From an uncultured Holophagaceae bacterium (GTDB lineage: Bacteria; Acidobacteriota; Holophagae; Holophagales; Holophagaceae), in NCBI GenBank assembly GCA_903937385.1, contig CAIZZF010000019.1, forward strand, positions 20,993 through 84,992: a DNA stretch of 64,000 bases, read 5' to 3'. Below the pieces are notes generated by a model. It was not told where the DNA came from and did not search any database. It saw only the letters and a list, made by a program, of their open reading frames with translations. The position numbers and the translations under genes are program-made. Below, in pieces: positions 5,662-15,643 of the stretch; the first letter of the stretch is position 1; each line of letters starts with the position of its first letter.

Positions 5662-8394
5662 GTGCGCCCCGTGAACCAGCAAGGCCAGCGGACTGGGTTC
5701 GACCCCGAGGGGTCGCCGGTGGCTGCCCAGGAGCGGGAGCGGGTGCTCTTCGAGGCCGCCCCCCACGGGATCGTGTTCCAGGATGCGCAGAGCCGGATTC
5801 TGAGTGCCAACCCGGCGGCCGAGCGCATCCTGGGCCTCAGCCTGGCGCAGATGCAGGGGCGCACCTCCCTGGACCCCGGCTGGCAGGCCATCCACGAGGA
5901 CGGCACGCCCTTTCCGGGGGAGACCCACCCGGCCATGGAGACCCTGCGCACCGGCCGGGTTATCGAGAACACGATCATGGGCATCCTCAGCCAGGCCCAG
6001 GCGGCGGCGACCTGGATCAGCATCAACACGACGCCCCTCTTCCTGCCGGGCCAGGAGAGCCCTTTCCAGGTGTGCGCCACCTTTGTGGACATCACTCAGC
6101 GCAAGCAGGCCGAGGGGCGCCTCAAGCGCACGCTGGAGCACCTGCAGCTCGCGCATCAGGCCGCCAAGGCCGGGGCCTGGGAGTGGGACCTGAAGACCGG
6201 GGAGAACCACTGGTTCGACACCCTCTGGGAGCTCTACGGGCTGGAGCCGGGCCAGGTGACGCCCAGCTACGGGGCCTGGGCCAAGCTCCTCCACCCCGCG
6301 GACCGCGAAGCTGTGCAGGCCTATGTCAAGGAAGGCGTCGCGGAGGGGGCCGACCTGGAGTTCGAGTGGCGGGCGGTGCACCCCAGTGGCGAGGTGCGGT
6401 GGCTCCTGTCCCGGGGCCAACCCCTGCACGCGGCCGATGGCAGCGTCACCCGCTACCTGGGCATCGTCCTGGACATCACGGAGCGGAAACAGGCCGAGGC
6501 CCGCGCCCGGGCCAGCCGCGCCCAGCTGGACGCGGCGCTGGAGAGCATGACCGACGCGGTCTTCATCTCGGACACCCAGGGGCGGTTCATCGAGTTCAAC
6601 GAGGCCTTCGCGACCTTCCACCGGTTCCCGGACAAGGCGGCCTGCTCCCTCACCTTCGCGGACTACCCGGACCTGCTGGAGACCTACGGCCGTGACGGGC
6701 GGCCCCGGCCGCTCGACCAGTGGGTAACCCTCCGGGCTTTGCGGGGCGAGTCCGGCTCCGACGCGGAATACACCTTGCGCCGCAAAGATACCGGCGAGAC
6801 CTGGGTGGGTAGCTTCAGCTTCGGCCCCATCCGGGACCCGGAAGGCCACATCGTCGGGGCCGTGGTCACGGCCCGGGACGTCACGGCCAGCAAGGCGGCG
6901 GAGCAGGCACTGAAGGAGAGCGAGGAACGCTTCCGGACCGTCTTCGAGGCTTCGCCGGATGCAGTCCTGATCCGGGAACTCCACGGCTGCTTCCTGGAGG
7001 CCAACGCCGTTGCCCTGGCCCGCTACGGCTACACCCGCGACGAGTTTCGGCGGATGACCCCCGAGGACCTGGTTCCACCATCTCTGCGCGACCAGGTGCC
7101 CCTGCGTGTGGCGGAATCCCTGCGGACGGGACTGCCCGCCGAGTGGGTCCACCAGGCCAAGGACGGGAGGCTGATTCCCGTGGAGCTCCAGCTGAGCAAG
7201 TTCAGCCTGCGGGGCAAGCCCTGCATTTATGCCTGCGCCCGGGACATCTCGGAGCGCAAGCGGGCCGAGGAGGAACAGGCGAAGCTGCAGGCCCAGCTTC
7301 AGCAGGCCCAGAAGCTTGAGAGCCTGGGCATTCTGGCGGGGGGCGTGGCCCACGACATGAACAATGTGCTCGGGGCCATCCTGGCCATGGCCACCGTGCA
7401 CCAGCAGAAGGCGGCAGAGGAGAGCGCGCTGCACCGGGACATGGGCACCATCATCCAGGCCTGCCAGCGCGGGGGCAGCCTGGCCAAGGGGTTGCTGGGC
7501 TTTGCCCGGAAGAACCTCAGCGAGGAGTGCGAGGTGGACCTGAACACCGTGGTCCGGGAGGGGGTCTCGCTGCTGTCGCAGACCACGCTCCAGCATGTGC
7601 AGCTGGTGACTGACCTGGAAGCTTCACCCTGCTGCGTGAAGGGCGATCCGGCCTCCCTGAGCCACGCCCTCATGAACCTCTGCGTGAATGCCGTGGATGC
7701 CATGCCGGATGCCGGCACGCTGCTCCTCCGGACCCGGCGCGAGGGCGCCAAGGCGGTGCTGGAGGTGGCCGACACGGGCGTCGGGATGCCCCGGGAGGTC
7801 CTCGAGAAGGCCCTGGATCCCTTCTTCACCACCAAGCCCCAGGGGAAGGGGACGGGGCTGGGTCTGCCGATCGTCTACGGCACCGTCAAGGCCCACCAAG
7901 GCCGGATCGAGATCCAGAGTGCGCCGGGGGAGGGGACCACCGTCCGCATTGAGCTCCCGGCCTGCGAAGGCTCGACGCTGCCCTCGCCGCCCGCCCCGGA
8001 GACTCCGCCGAAGCCAGGCCAGCCCTCGCTGAACCTGCTGCTGGTGGACGATGACGAGCTGATCCAGATGGCCATCCAGGGCCTGCTGGAGATCCTGGGC
8101 CACACTGTCACCACTGTCTCCAGCGGCGAGGAAGCCCTGGGGCGCCTGGAGGCCGGCCTCCGGCCGGACCTCATCATCCTCGACATGAACATGCCGGGCC
8201 TCGGCGGCGCGGGCACGCTGCCCGAAATCCGCCGACTGCTGCCCGAGGTGCCCGTGCTGCTGGCCACGGGCCGCTCCAACCAGGGCGCCGAGGACCTGGT
8301 CGCCTCGCAACCCGGAGTCACCCTGCTTGCCAAGCCCTTCACCCTCGAAGAGCTGCGCCGCCAGCTGGACCCGGCCACGCGGGGGAGAGCCTGA
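5662..8394 (+). CDS. Soluble hybrid sensor histidine kinase (4 PAS/PAC, HisKA, HATPase, REC)
   Basis: PAS/PAC repeats ending in DITERK-type motifs; H-box GGVAHDMNN; G-boxes DTGVGM and GTGLGL; receiver LLLVDDD...LDMNMP. Confidence 0.95.
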   Translation: MRPVNQQGQRTGFDPEGSPVAAQERERVLFEAAPHGIVFQDAQSRILSANPAAERILGLSLAQMQGRTSLDPGWQAIHEDGTPFPGETHPAMETLRTGRVIENTIMGILSQAQAAATWISINTTPLFLPGQESPFQVCATFVDITQRKQAEGRLKRTLEHLQLAHQAAKAGAWEWDLKTGENHWFDTLWELYGLEPGQVTPSYGAWAKLLHPADREAVQAYVKEGVAEGADLEFEWRAVHPSGEVRWLLSRGQPLHAADGSVTRYLGIVLDITERKQAEARARASRAQLDAALESMTDAVFISDTQGRFIEFNEAFATFHRFPDKAACSLTFADYPDLLETYGRDGRPRPLDQWVTLRALRGESGSDAEYTLRRKDTGETWVGSFSFGPIRDPEGHIVGAVVTARDVTASKAAEQALKESEERFRTVFEASPDAVLIRELHGCFLEANAVALARYGYTRDEFRRMTPEDLVPPSLRDQVPLRVAESLRTGLPAEWVHQAKDGRLIPVELQLSKFSLRGKPCIYACARDISERKRAEEEQAKLQAQLQQAQKLESLGILAGGVAHDMNNVLGAILAMATVHQQKAAEESALHRDMGTIIQACQRGGSLAKGLLGFARKNLSEECEVDLNTVVREGVSLLSQTTLQHVQLVTDLEASPCCVKGDPASLSHALMNLCVNAVDAMPDAGTLLLRTRREGAKAVLEVADTGVGMPREVLEKALDPFFTTKPQGKGTGLGLPIVYGTVKAHQGRIEIQSAPGEGTTVRIELPACEGSTLPSPPAPETPPKPGQPSLNLLLVDDDELIQMAIQGLLEILGHTVTTVSSGEEALGRLEAGLRPDLIILDMNMPGLGGAGTLPEIRRLLPEVPVLLATGRSNQGAEDLVASQPGVTLLAKPFTLEELRRQLDPATRGRA

Positions 8395-8509
8395 CCCACC
8401 CGTTCCTGGTGTCCGCCCGCGTATTGGCTTCGCCGATACGCGAGGCAGGCTGATTTCGGAAGGTCGCGAGCTCTCGGGTACCCTGGGACGGTCCCTGACC
8501 TGGAGGCTC

Positions 8510-9667
8510 ATGCACACGGCGGCGCGCACGCACGGCTTCACCGAGTCGGTCATCCGGGGGATGACGCGGCTCGCCAACGAGCATGGCGCCATCAACCTGG
8601 CCCAGGGCTTCCCCAACTTCCCGGCCCCGGAGGCGCTCAAGGAAGCCGCCATCGCCGCCATCCGGGCGGACGTGAACCAGTACGCCATCACCTGGGGCGC
8701 CAAGCGGCTGCGCGAGGCCCTGGCCCGCAAGATGTTCGATTTCTACGGCCTGGCCGTGGATCCGGAGACCGAGATCACGGTCACCTGCGGCGCCACAGAG
8801 GCCATGGCGGCAGTGCTGCTGGCGCTGGTGGACCCGGGCGAGGAAGTGATCGTCTTCGAGCCCTGGTATGAGAACTACGGCCCTGACGCGGGACTCTGCG
8901 GCGCGCGGCCCGTGACCGTGCCACTGCCCGTGGGCCAGCCCCTGGACCTGGACCGGCTGGCCAAAGCCTTCGGACCGCGGACCCGGGCCATCATCCTGAA
9001 CACCCCCAACAACCCCACGGGCAAGGTCTTCAGCGCCGACGAGCTGGCGGGCATCGCCGCCCTCTGCCAGCGGCACGGGGCCTACGCCATCACCGACGAG
9101 ATCTACGAGCACATCGTCTACGAGGGTCGGCACATACCATTGGCCACCCTGCCGGGCATGGCCGAGCGCACGGTGACCATCTCCGGGGCCTCGAAGACCT
9201 ACGCCATCACCGGCTGGCGCATCGGCACCATCCTGGCCCCGGCAGAGCTGACGGCCGCCATCCGCAAGGTCCACGACTTCCTCACCGTGGGCGCCCCCGC
9301 ACCCCTGCAGGAGGCGGTCGCCTTCGCCATGGAGACGCTGCCCCGGGCCTACTACACCGACATGGCCGAGGCCTACCGCCACCGGCGCGACCTGCTCTGC
9401 GGTGCGCTCATCCGGGCGGGCTTCTCCCTGCAGCCGCCCCAGGGCGCCTACTACGTGCTGGCGGACTACTCGGCTCTGGCCACCGAGCCCGACACCGCCT
9501 TCGCCGCGCGCCTGGTGAAGGAGGCTGGCGTGGCCACGGTGTCCCTGTCGAGCTTCACCACGGACCCCCACCCGCCGCGCATGGTGCGCTTCGCCTTCTG
9601 CAAGACCGACGAGGTGCTGGAGGAGGCCGCCGGGCGGCTGCAGGCTTTTGCGGAGAAGCTCCGCTAG
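8510..9667 (+). CDS. PLP-dependent aminotransferase class I/II (YbdL/AspC-like)
   Basis: AINLAQGFPNF, NTPNNPTGKV, DEIY, SKTYAITGWRIG; GGAGG RBS before ATG 8510. Confidence 0.93.
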   Translation: MHTAARTHGFTESVIRGMTRLANEHGAINLAQGFPNFPAPEALKEAAIAAIRADVNQYAITWGAKRLREALARKMFDFYGLAVDPETEITVTCGATEAMAAVLLALVDPGEEVIVFEPWYENYGPDAGLCGARPVTVPLPVGQPLDLDRLAKAFGPRTRAIILNTPNNPTGKVFSADELAGIAALCQRHGAYAITDEIYEHIVYEGRHIPLATLPGMAERTVTISGASKTYAITGWRIGTILAPAELTAAIRKVHDFLTVGAPAPLQEAVAFAMETLPRAYYTDMAEAYRHRRDLLCGALIRAGFSLQPPQGAYYVLADYSALATEPDTAFAARLVKEAGVATVSLSSFTTDPHPPRMVRFAFCKTDEVLEEAAGRLQAFAEKLR

Positions 9668-9671
9668 GTCC

Positions 9672-9971
9672 TCAGGCCAGGAACTGGAGGCCGCTGGCGA
9701 AGCCGCCAACAATTTCATGCGTCCAGCGGACCTCAGCTGTAACGGTTAGGCTGGAGTCTCCCCCTAGCAGAGGGAGGTGGAGCCGCAACACTTCGCCCAC
9801 CCGCAGAGCCACTGCGGTCACGAGGTTCAGGCCGCCTTCGCTTAGGTCGTGGCACTGGCCCTGGGTGGGCTCCTGTCCCGCGGCAAAGTCCACCCCAGTG
9901 ATGCGATCGAAGCACATCGGCTGGTTCATGGGCGTTCGAGAGTGACCTCGCGAATTGAGGTAAGTATTCAT
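9672..9971 (-). CDS. Stand-alone PilZ domain protein
   Basis: RxxxR (RGHSR) and DxSxGG (DLSEGG) c-di-GMP-binding motifs. Confidence 0.85.
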   Translation of the reverse strand: MNTYLNSRGHSRTPMNQPMCFDRITGVDFAAGQEPTQGQCHDLSEGGLNLVTAVALRVGEVLRLHLPLLGGDSSLTVTAEVRWTHEIVGGFASGLQFLA

Positions 9972-10094
9972 ACGTATTGAAGCCTAGCATGCGGTCCAAA
10001 TCCCGGCAGGCCGGGGAGGGGGCAACTCTGGTCTATTTCGCCATGCGCAGATGGGCGCCGTGAACGGACGGCAGGCCTCGCTTGCGCCAACCGA

Positions 10095-10382
10095 TCACGC
10101 CAGGAACTGGAGGCCGCTGGAGAAGCCGCCTTCTTCTTCTTTGGTCCAGAGCACTTCGGAGGAAACGGGCACGCTGGTGGGCCCGCCCGGCAGGGGGACA
10201 TGGAGCCGCAGGACCTCCCCCCGGCGCAGCGGCGTGGTGGTCCGCAGGCTCAGGCCCCCTTCGCTGATGTTGCGGGCCACGCCCTGGGTCGGGGCGCTGG
10301 TCCCCGCCAAGGCCGACTCGTAGCGCACCACCTGGCTCATGGGCTTCCGAGGGCTGGTTCGTTTTTCATGGGTGATCAGCAT
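10095..10382 (-). CDS. Stand-alone PilZ domain protein (paralogue of 9672-9971)
   Basis: RTSPR and NISEGG motifs; 3' end nearly identical in DNA to the adjacent copy. Confidence 0.88.
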   Translation of the reverse strand: MLITHEKRTSPRKPMSQVVRYESALAGTSAPTQGVARNISEGGLSLRTTTPLRRGEVLRLHVPLPGGPTSVPVSSEVLWTKEEEGGFSSGLQFLA

Positions 10383-10450
10383 ACGTAATTTTACCTATCT
10401 ATTGACTCTAGCATCCTCAATGTCCCTCGGGGTGGGAGTTGGCTACGGTC

Positions 10451-12205
10451 TCAGCGGGAGAGGACCCCGCCCGAGAGGCTGCCAGCCTCGATGGGGGCCA
10501 CCTCCTCGCGAAGGTAGCCCGGGTGCCACATCGCCTGGGCGATGGCTGCGGGAATGTCCTCGTCGGCGATGGACCTCCCGGCCACGCCAGCGTTTCGCGC
10601 CTCCTTCACCACGGCCTCGGCCACGGAGGCGGTGACCTCCCGGATCCGGGCGGTGGGCGGGAAGAGGCTGCCGACTTCCAGCTCGCCGGGGTGCACGTTC
10701 TCGGCGAGGCGCCGTGCTGCCGCCGTGAACATGCCCGCGGTCACCTCCATCGCTTCCGCGACCAGGATGCCCAGGCCCATGCCGGGGAAGATGAAGACGT
10801 TGTTGCTCTGGCCGATGACGTGCACCCGGCCGCCAAAGTGCACGGGCTCGAAGGGGCTGCCCGTGGCCACCAGGGCCCGGCCCTCGGTCCAGCGCAGGAT
10901 GTCCTCGGGCTTCGCCTCGCACTTGCTGGTGGGGTTGGACATCGGGAAGACCAGGGGGCGCTCCACGTGCCTGGCCATCTCGCGGATGGCCTCTTCCGTG
11001 AAGGTGCCGGGATCGCCGGAGGTGCCGATGAGCAGGGTGGGGTGGTAGGCCCGCACCACCGCGAGCAGGTCCCGGGGCCGACCCAGGCTCAGGCCGAACT
11101 GCTCCGCCAGCGCAGGGGACCAGGCGAAGTCCCGGGCGTGCGGCTCGAGGTTGGGATCGTCCAGAGTCAGCAGGCCGTTGATGTCGAGGTTGGCCGTGGC
11201 CGCGAGCAGCGGCTCGCCCTCGAGCCCCGCCTGCTGCAGGGTGGCCCGCACCAGCCGCGCGATGCCGATGCCGGCGGCACCAGAGCCGAAGAACAGCACC
11301 CGCTGCTCCTGGAGGGGGATGCCCGTCGCCCGGCTGCCGGCGAGCAGGCCCGCCACGACCACGGCGGCCGTGCCCTGGATGTCGTCGTTGAAGCTGGTGA
11401 GGACCTTCTGATAGCGGTCCAGGAGGCGGAAGGCGTTGGCCTTCTTGAAGTCCTCCCACTGCAGCAGCACCCGGGGGAAGCGCCGCTTCACCGCGTAGAC
11501 GAACTCTTCCACCAGGGAGTCGTATTCAGGCCCCCGGAGCCGCGGCGCCCGCCAGCCCAGGTAGAGCTCATCCGCCAGGAGGTCCTGGTTGTCGGTGCCC
11601 ACATCCAGGCTGATGGGCAGGGTCTGCCAGGGCGGGATGCCCGCCGCGGCGGTGTAGAGGGCGAGCTTGCCGATGGGGATGCCCATGCCGCCGGCGCCCT
11701 GGTCGCCCAGGCCCAGGATGCGCTCGTTGTCGGTGACGACGATGAGGCGCACATCGTCGAAGGGCGCGTTGCCAAGCACCTCGAAGATCCGGCCCCGGTG
11801 CTCCGGAGTGATCCAGATGCCCCGGGCGCGCCGGAAGATGTGGCTGAACTCCTGGCAGGCCTGACCCACCGTGGGCGTGTAGACGATGGGCAGGAACTCC
11901 TGGATGTGGTCCAGGAGCACCCGGTAGAAGAGGTGCTCATTCCGATCCTGCAGGGCCGCCAGCCCGATGTATTTCTCCAGGGGATCCTGCTTGCGGCTGA
12001 TGTTGGCGTAGGCCCGGGCGCATTGCTGGTCCTGGGTGCTCACGGTGTGGGGCAGCAGGCCCTCCAGCCCGAAGGCGACGCGCTCTTCCTGGGTGAAGGC
12101 GGTGCCCTTGGTGTACATGGGGTGCCTCAGCAGCCGCGTGCCGCGGTAGGGGACCGCCAGATGGGGATTTCCGTGCTTGTCGAACTTCAGGCCGAAGCGT
12201 TCCAT
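10451..12205 (-). CDS. maeA: NAD-dependent malic enzyme
   Basis: YTPTVGQAC, TDNERILGLGDQG, LQWEDF, FNDDIQGT and GSGAAG signatures. Confidence 0.95.
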   Translation of the reverse strand: MERFGLKFDKHGNPHLAVPYRGTRLLRHPMYTKGTAFTQEERVAFGLEGLLPHTVSTQDQQCARAYANISRKQDPLEKYIGLAALQDRNEHLFYRVLLDHIQEFLPIVYTPTVGQACQEFSHIFRRARGIWITPEHRGRIFEVLGNAPFDDVRLIVVTDNERILGLGDQGAGGMGIPIGKLALYTAAAGIPPWQTLPISLDVGTDNQDLLADELYLGWRAPRLRGPEYDSLVEEFVYAVKRRFPRVLLQWEDFKKANAFRLLDRYQKVLTSFNDDIQGTAAVVVAGLLAGSRATGIPLQEQRVLFFGSGAAGIGIARLVRATLQQAGLEGEPLLAATANLDINGLLTLDDPNLEPHARDFAWSPALAEQFGLSLGRPRDLLAVVRAYHPTLLIGTSGDPGTFTEEAIREMARHVERPLVFPMSNPTSKCEAKPEDILRWTEGRALVATGSPFEPVHFGGRVHVIGQSNNVFIFPGMGLGILVAEAMEVTAGMFTAAARRLAENVHPGELEVGSLFPPTARIREVTASVAEAVVKEARNAGVAGRSIADEDIPAAIAQAMWHPGYLREEVAPIEAGSLSGGVLSR

Positions 12206-12521
12206 GTCAACTCCTTCCCAAGGCGGTGGGCGTCGCCCTGCACCCACGGGCACAAGTCACCAACCGCCTGCCCAGGCGCAGCCAGTCAGGGGCACTCAGC
12301 TGCAGAGCCATACACCACCTCTCGGGAAACGGCCTCAGGCCGAACCCAGACAGCAACCCCGAGATGAACGCCCCCAATATGTGGTCCGGCCCAGGGAAAG
12401 TCGAGACCTCGGGGCACTTCCACTCCTCTCCGTGGGCTGGATTTTTGTCACGGATTTGTCTGATGCCAAGTTTCAAGATCAGTCGGTGGGGTATCCTCTC
12501 CTCGACCCCAGGAGATTGTCG

Positions 12522-12935
12522 GTGCCCATCGCAAGCTGGAATTCCCGCTTTCTGACCGGTATCGAGATCATCGATATCCAGCATGAGGCGCTCTTCGAGA
12601 CCGTGAACACCCTTGCCGATGCGGTCAAGGTGAACAACGCGTCTCCGCGGGTGGGCGGCTACCTGGAGATGCTGGCCACCCAGACGCAGGAACACTTCAC
12701 CACGGAGGAGCGCTTCCTCACCGAGTCCCGCAATCGACAGCTCCGCTCCCACCTGGAGGAGCACCGCGCCCTCAACACCAAGCTGCAGGAACTCCAGACC
12801 AGGCACAACCATGGTGGCCTGGTGTCCGCCGACGTGGCGCTGTTTTTCGCCGAGTGGTTCGCCCACCACCTCGCCGAAGTGGACATGGCCAACGGTGGGT
12901 CGAATGGGAAGCCCGAGCCGGCTCCTGGGGCCTGA
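12522..12935 (+). CDS. Bacteriohemerythrin
   Basis: TGIEIIDIQHEALF, HFTTEE, HLEEH and HLAEVD di-iron ligand pattern; AGGAG RBS before GTG 12522. Confidence 0.88.
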   Translation: MPIASWNSRFLTGIEIIDIQHEALFETVNTLADAVKVNNASPRVGGYLEMLATQTQEHFTTEERFLTESRNRQLRSHLEEHRALNTKLQELQTRHNHGGLVSADVALFFAEWFAHHLAEVDMANGGSNGKPEPAPGA

Positions 12936-12954
12936 TGTCTGCCTAGGCGACGGC

Positions 12955-13137
12955 TCAGCTGCGGAGCAGCTCGCGACGGATGGACTCGGCCACCTGGCGG
13001 ACCGCCTCGGAGCCAGAGTCGTCGCCGGAGAGCTGGTGGGCCTGCTGAATGCGGCGGGCGATGGCGAGGCAGGCCTCGGCGGTGGTCTTTTCGATGACCT
13101 TGACGGGGGGCTTGGACAGGACGTTTCCCGGTGGCAT
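12955..13137 (-). CDS. Small hypothetical protein (60 aa)
   Basis: GGAGG RBS before ATG 13137; helical-looking sequence. Confidence 0.5.
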   Translation of the reverse strand: MPPGNVLSKPPVKVIEKTTAEACLAIARRIQQAHQLSGDDSGSEAVRQVAESIRRELLRS

Positions 13138-13335
13138 GGATCCTCCAATGCGGTTCCGGCGGGTGGAAGAAGGTGTTTGAACTGGCTTCCTCCTAGGATG
13201 CCCATAACAGGACGTTCGTTCCTGGATTTTTCCGGCACTTGTGCTGACAGGAGCCGGCACCTCGCAGCATCCTAGTTCCTTCGCTGTACCCACCGGTCGG
13301 TTCGCTGCATCCAACTTCCATTAAGGAGGCTCGGC

Positions 13336-14394
13336 ATGAGACCACGTACCATCCTGGGCGTCCTTGTCCTGGCCGCAGCCCTGACGGGCTTCGGCTTTGC
13401 CGTATCAACCCCCCGGAGCGCCCCCGCGGCGGCTCCGGCCCCTCGCGAGGATCTGAAGGTGAGTGACCCCAAGAAGCCATCCGCTGCGGAGCTGAAGCAG
13501 AAGCTCACCCCCATGCAGTACCACGTGACCCAGGAGGCGGGCACGGAGCCGCCCTTCCGCAATGAGTTCTGGAACGAACACCGGGAGGGCATCTACGTCG
13601 ATGTCGTGAGTGGGAAACCCCTCTTCAGTTCGAAGGACAAGTTCGACTCGGGCTGTGGGTGGCCGAGCTTCACCAAGCCCCTGGAGGGGCAGGATGTGGT
13701 CGAGAAGCGCGACATCTCCCTTGGCATGATCCGGACCGAGGTACGTTCCGGCGCCGTGGACAGCCACCTGGGCCACGTCTTCGAGGACGGCCCCGCAGAT
13801 CGCGGTGGCCTTCGCTACTGCATCAACAGCGCCGCCCTGCGCTTCGTGCCCGTGGCTGACCTGGAGAAGGAAGGGCTGGGCAGCTTCCTGCCCCTCTTCG
13901 GCAAGGCTGCCGCGGCCCCGAAGGAAGAGCTGGCCACCCTGGCCGGCGGCTGCTTCTGGGGCATGGAGGACCTGCTGCGCAAGCAGCTGGGCGTGCTGGG
14001 CACTGAGGTGGGCTACACCGGCGGCACCGTGGCCAAGGCCACCTACGAGCACCACGAGGGCCACGCAGAAGCCGTGCAGATCCGCTTCGACCCCTCGAAA
14101 ACCACCTATGCGGCACTGCTGCGCTTCTTCTTCCGCATGCACGACCCCACCACCCTGAACCGCCAGGGCAATGACACGGGCAGCTCCTACCGCAGCGCGA
14201 TCTTCTTCCACTCCGAAGCGCAGCGCCAGACCGCCGAGAAGGTGAAGGCCGAGGTGGACGCCAGCGGCAAGTGGAAGCGTCCGATTGTCACCGAGATCAC
14301 CGCCGTTGGCCCCTGGTGGCGCGCAGAGGACTACCACCAGGACTACCTCATCAAGCACCCCGGCGGCTACACCTGCCACTGGGTGCGGGAGTAA
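13336..14394 (+). CDS. msrAB: Exported bifunctional methionine sulfoxide reductase (MsrB-MsrA order)
   Basis: Signal peptide; MsrB motifs [21 protein letters not shown]; MsrA motif GGCFWG. Confidence 0.95.
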   Translation: MRPRTILGVLVLAAALTGFGFAVSTPRSAPAAAPAPREDLKVSDPKKPSAAELKQKLTPMQYHVTQEAGTEPPFRNEFWNEHREGIYVDVVSGKPLFSSKDKFDSGCGWPSFTKPLEGQDVVEKRDISLGMIRTEVRSGAVDSHLGHVFEDGPADRGGLRYCINSAALRFVPVADLEKEGLGSFLPLFGKAAAAPKEELATLAGGCFWGMEDLLRKQLGVLGTEVGYTGGTVAKATYEHHEGHAEAVQIRFDPSKTTYAALLRFFFRMHDPTTLNRQGNDTGSSYRSAIFFHSEAQRQTAEKVKAEVDASGKWKRPIVTEITAVGPWWRAEDYHQDYLIKHPGGYTCHWVRE

Positions 14395-14427
14395 GCACTC
14401 GGCGGTAATGTCTTAACCGATTCACCG

Positions 14428-14482
14428 CGAAGACACGAAGAAAGAAAATTGCAGTTTTCTTCTGCACGTCTTCGTGTCTTCG
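14428..14482. repeat. REP-like palindrome between convergent genes
   Basis: Perfect 14-bp inverted repeat cgaagacacgaaga / tcttcgtgtcttcg. Confidence 0.75.
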
Positions 14483-14507
14483 GGGTAGATCCGTTTTCTT
14501 TTATTCC

Positions 14508-14939
14508 TCACACCCTGAACGTATCTGGGCGCCAGGTCTGGATGCGCTTCTTGATGGCTTCGCCGTCCAGCTTCTGGTCGAGGGCTTCGCGGACGCGGTC
14601 GGCGAGCTCGGCGTCGGCGGCGAAGCGCAGGCCCACGAACTGCTTGGGTGTCAGCTCGGCGATGCGGCCCTGGAGGTCGGCGGGCAGCACCCGCTGCATG
14701 CGCAGGGTCTCCTCCAGGCGGATCAGTCGGTCCTGCACCTTGAGGGCTGAGCCCCGCGTCACCAGGGCCAGGAGCACCAGGATCAGGCAGAGCACCATGG
14801 CCCAGGCCGCGTGGAGGCTCGGGTACTTGACGACGTGCCAGATGCTGGTGAACCAGCTGACCAGCAGCACCGGCATCACGACGAAGTGCATCAGGGGGTC
14901 GAAGCGGCGGTGGTTCGCGTAGGACTGGGACTCAGACAT
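14508..14939 (-). CDS. DUF6526-like membrane protein
   Basis: QSYANHRRFDPLMHF start, two hydrophobic segments, QDRLIRLEETLR and LRFAADAEL. Confidence 0.7.
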   Translation of the reverse strand: MSESQSYANHRRFDPLMHFVVMPVLLVSWFTSIWHVVKYPSLHAAWAMVLCLILVLLALVTRGSALKVQDRLIRLEETLRMQRVLPADLQGRIAELTPKQFVGLRFAADAELADRVREALDQKLDGEAIKKRIQTWRPDTFRV

Positions 14940-15070
14940 GGCGGTTCCTCGGAAAGGCTCAAGCGTAGCGCAAGGGAGGCTCTGGCAGGGCTGTTGAAAT
15001 GAAAATACAGGCAATGATCAAAAAAATTGAATCAATAAGTTTTCCGAAATGTCGGAGGGTTCGCCAGCCG

Positions 15071-15200
15071 GTTGTTTTCAAGCAAAAGAGAAATTAGCCA
15101 CCGATGAACACCGATAAAGGCATGATAAAAACAAAAAAATGCTTTTTTTAGCTCTTTCTTTATCAGCTTTTAATCGGTGTTCATCGGTGGCTAAAAAAGC
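15071..15200. repeat. Dispersed palindromic element, family A (GAACACCGAT 10-mer arms)
   Basis: Perfect 22-bp inverted repeat at 15094-15115/15173-15194; inner spacer nearly identical to the copies at 38247 and 55759. Confidence 0.85.
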
Positions 15201-15208
15201 TTTTTCCA

Positions 15209-15634
15209 CTAGTCCAGCGGTCCGCTGCGCCTTCGCTTCAGGTCGGAGGCTTTCTTCTTGGCGTCCAGGCGGCGCTCCTTGGAAGCCCGGGTGGGGCGGG
15301 TGGCCCGGCGGGGAATGGGGCGCACCAGGGCGGCCCGGATGCCCTCGGCAACCTTCTCCCGGGCATCCTCGAGGTTCTTGAGCTGGTCCCGGGTGCGGTC
15401 GCTGACCACCATCCACAGGCCCTCGGCATCGAGCCGGTTGCGCTGGGCCGCGCGCAGCCGCAGCAGGGCGTCCTCGGGGAGGCCTTCGATGGCCGTGAGG
15501 TCGATGCGCAGCTCCACCTTGGAGGACACCTTGTTGACGTTCTGGCCCCCGGCGCCGCCAGCGCGGACCGCCTTGAAGCGGATGGCCTCGCCGGGGACCC
15601 GGACGGAGGCGGTGACTTGGATGGGATCGGCCAT
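15209..15634 (-). CDS. arfB: Alternative ribosome rescue aminoacyl-tRNA hydrolase ArfB
   Basis: GAGGQNVNKV (GGQ motif), RTRDQLKNLEDA and a basic C-terminal tail. Confidence 0.93.
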   Translation of the reverse strand: MADPIQVTASVRVPGEAIRFKAVRAGGAGGQNVNKVSSKVELRIDLTAIEGLPEDALLRLRAAQRNRLDAEGLWMVVSDRTRDQLKNLEDAREKVAEGIRAALVRPIPRRATRPTRASKERRLDAKKKASDLKRRRSGPLD

Positions 15635-15643
15635 GGAAACAGC

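Noticed and set aside
12260-12470. Possible riboswitch between maeA and the hemerythrin gene (ctcggg...ccccgag stem)
   Set aside because: No conserved aptamer core recognised; only generic GC-rich pairing.
13290-13304. Exact 15-mer ccaccggtcggttcg shared with 53889-53903, both intergenic
   Set aside because: Opposite orientation relative to the nearest genes, and 15-mer matches are expected by chance in 64 kb of high-GC sequence.
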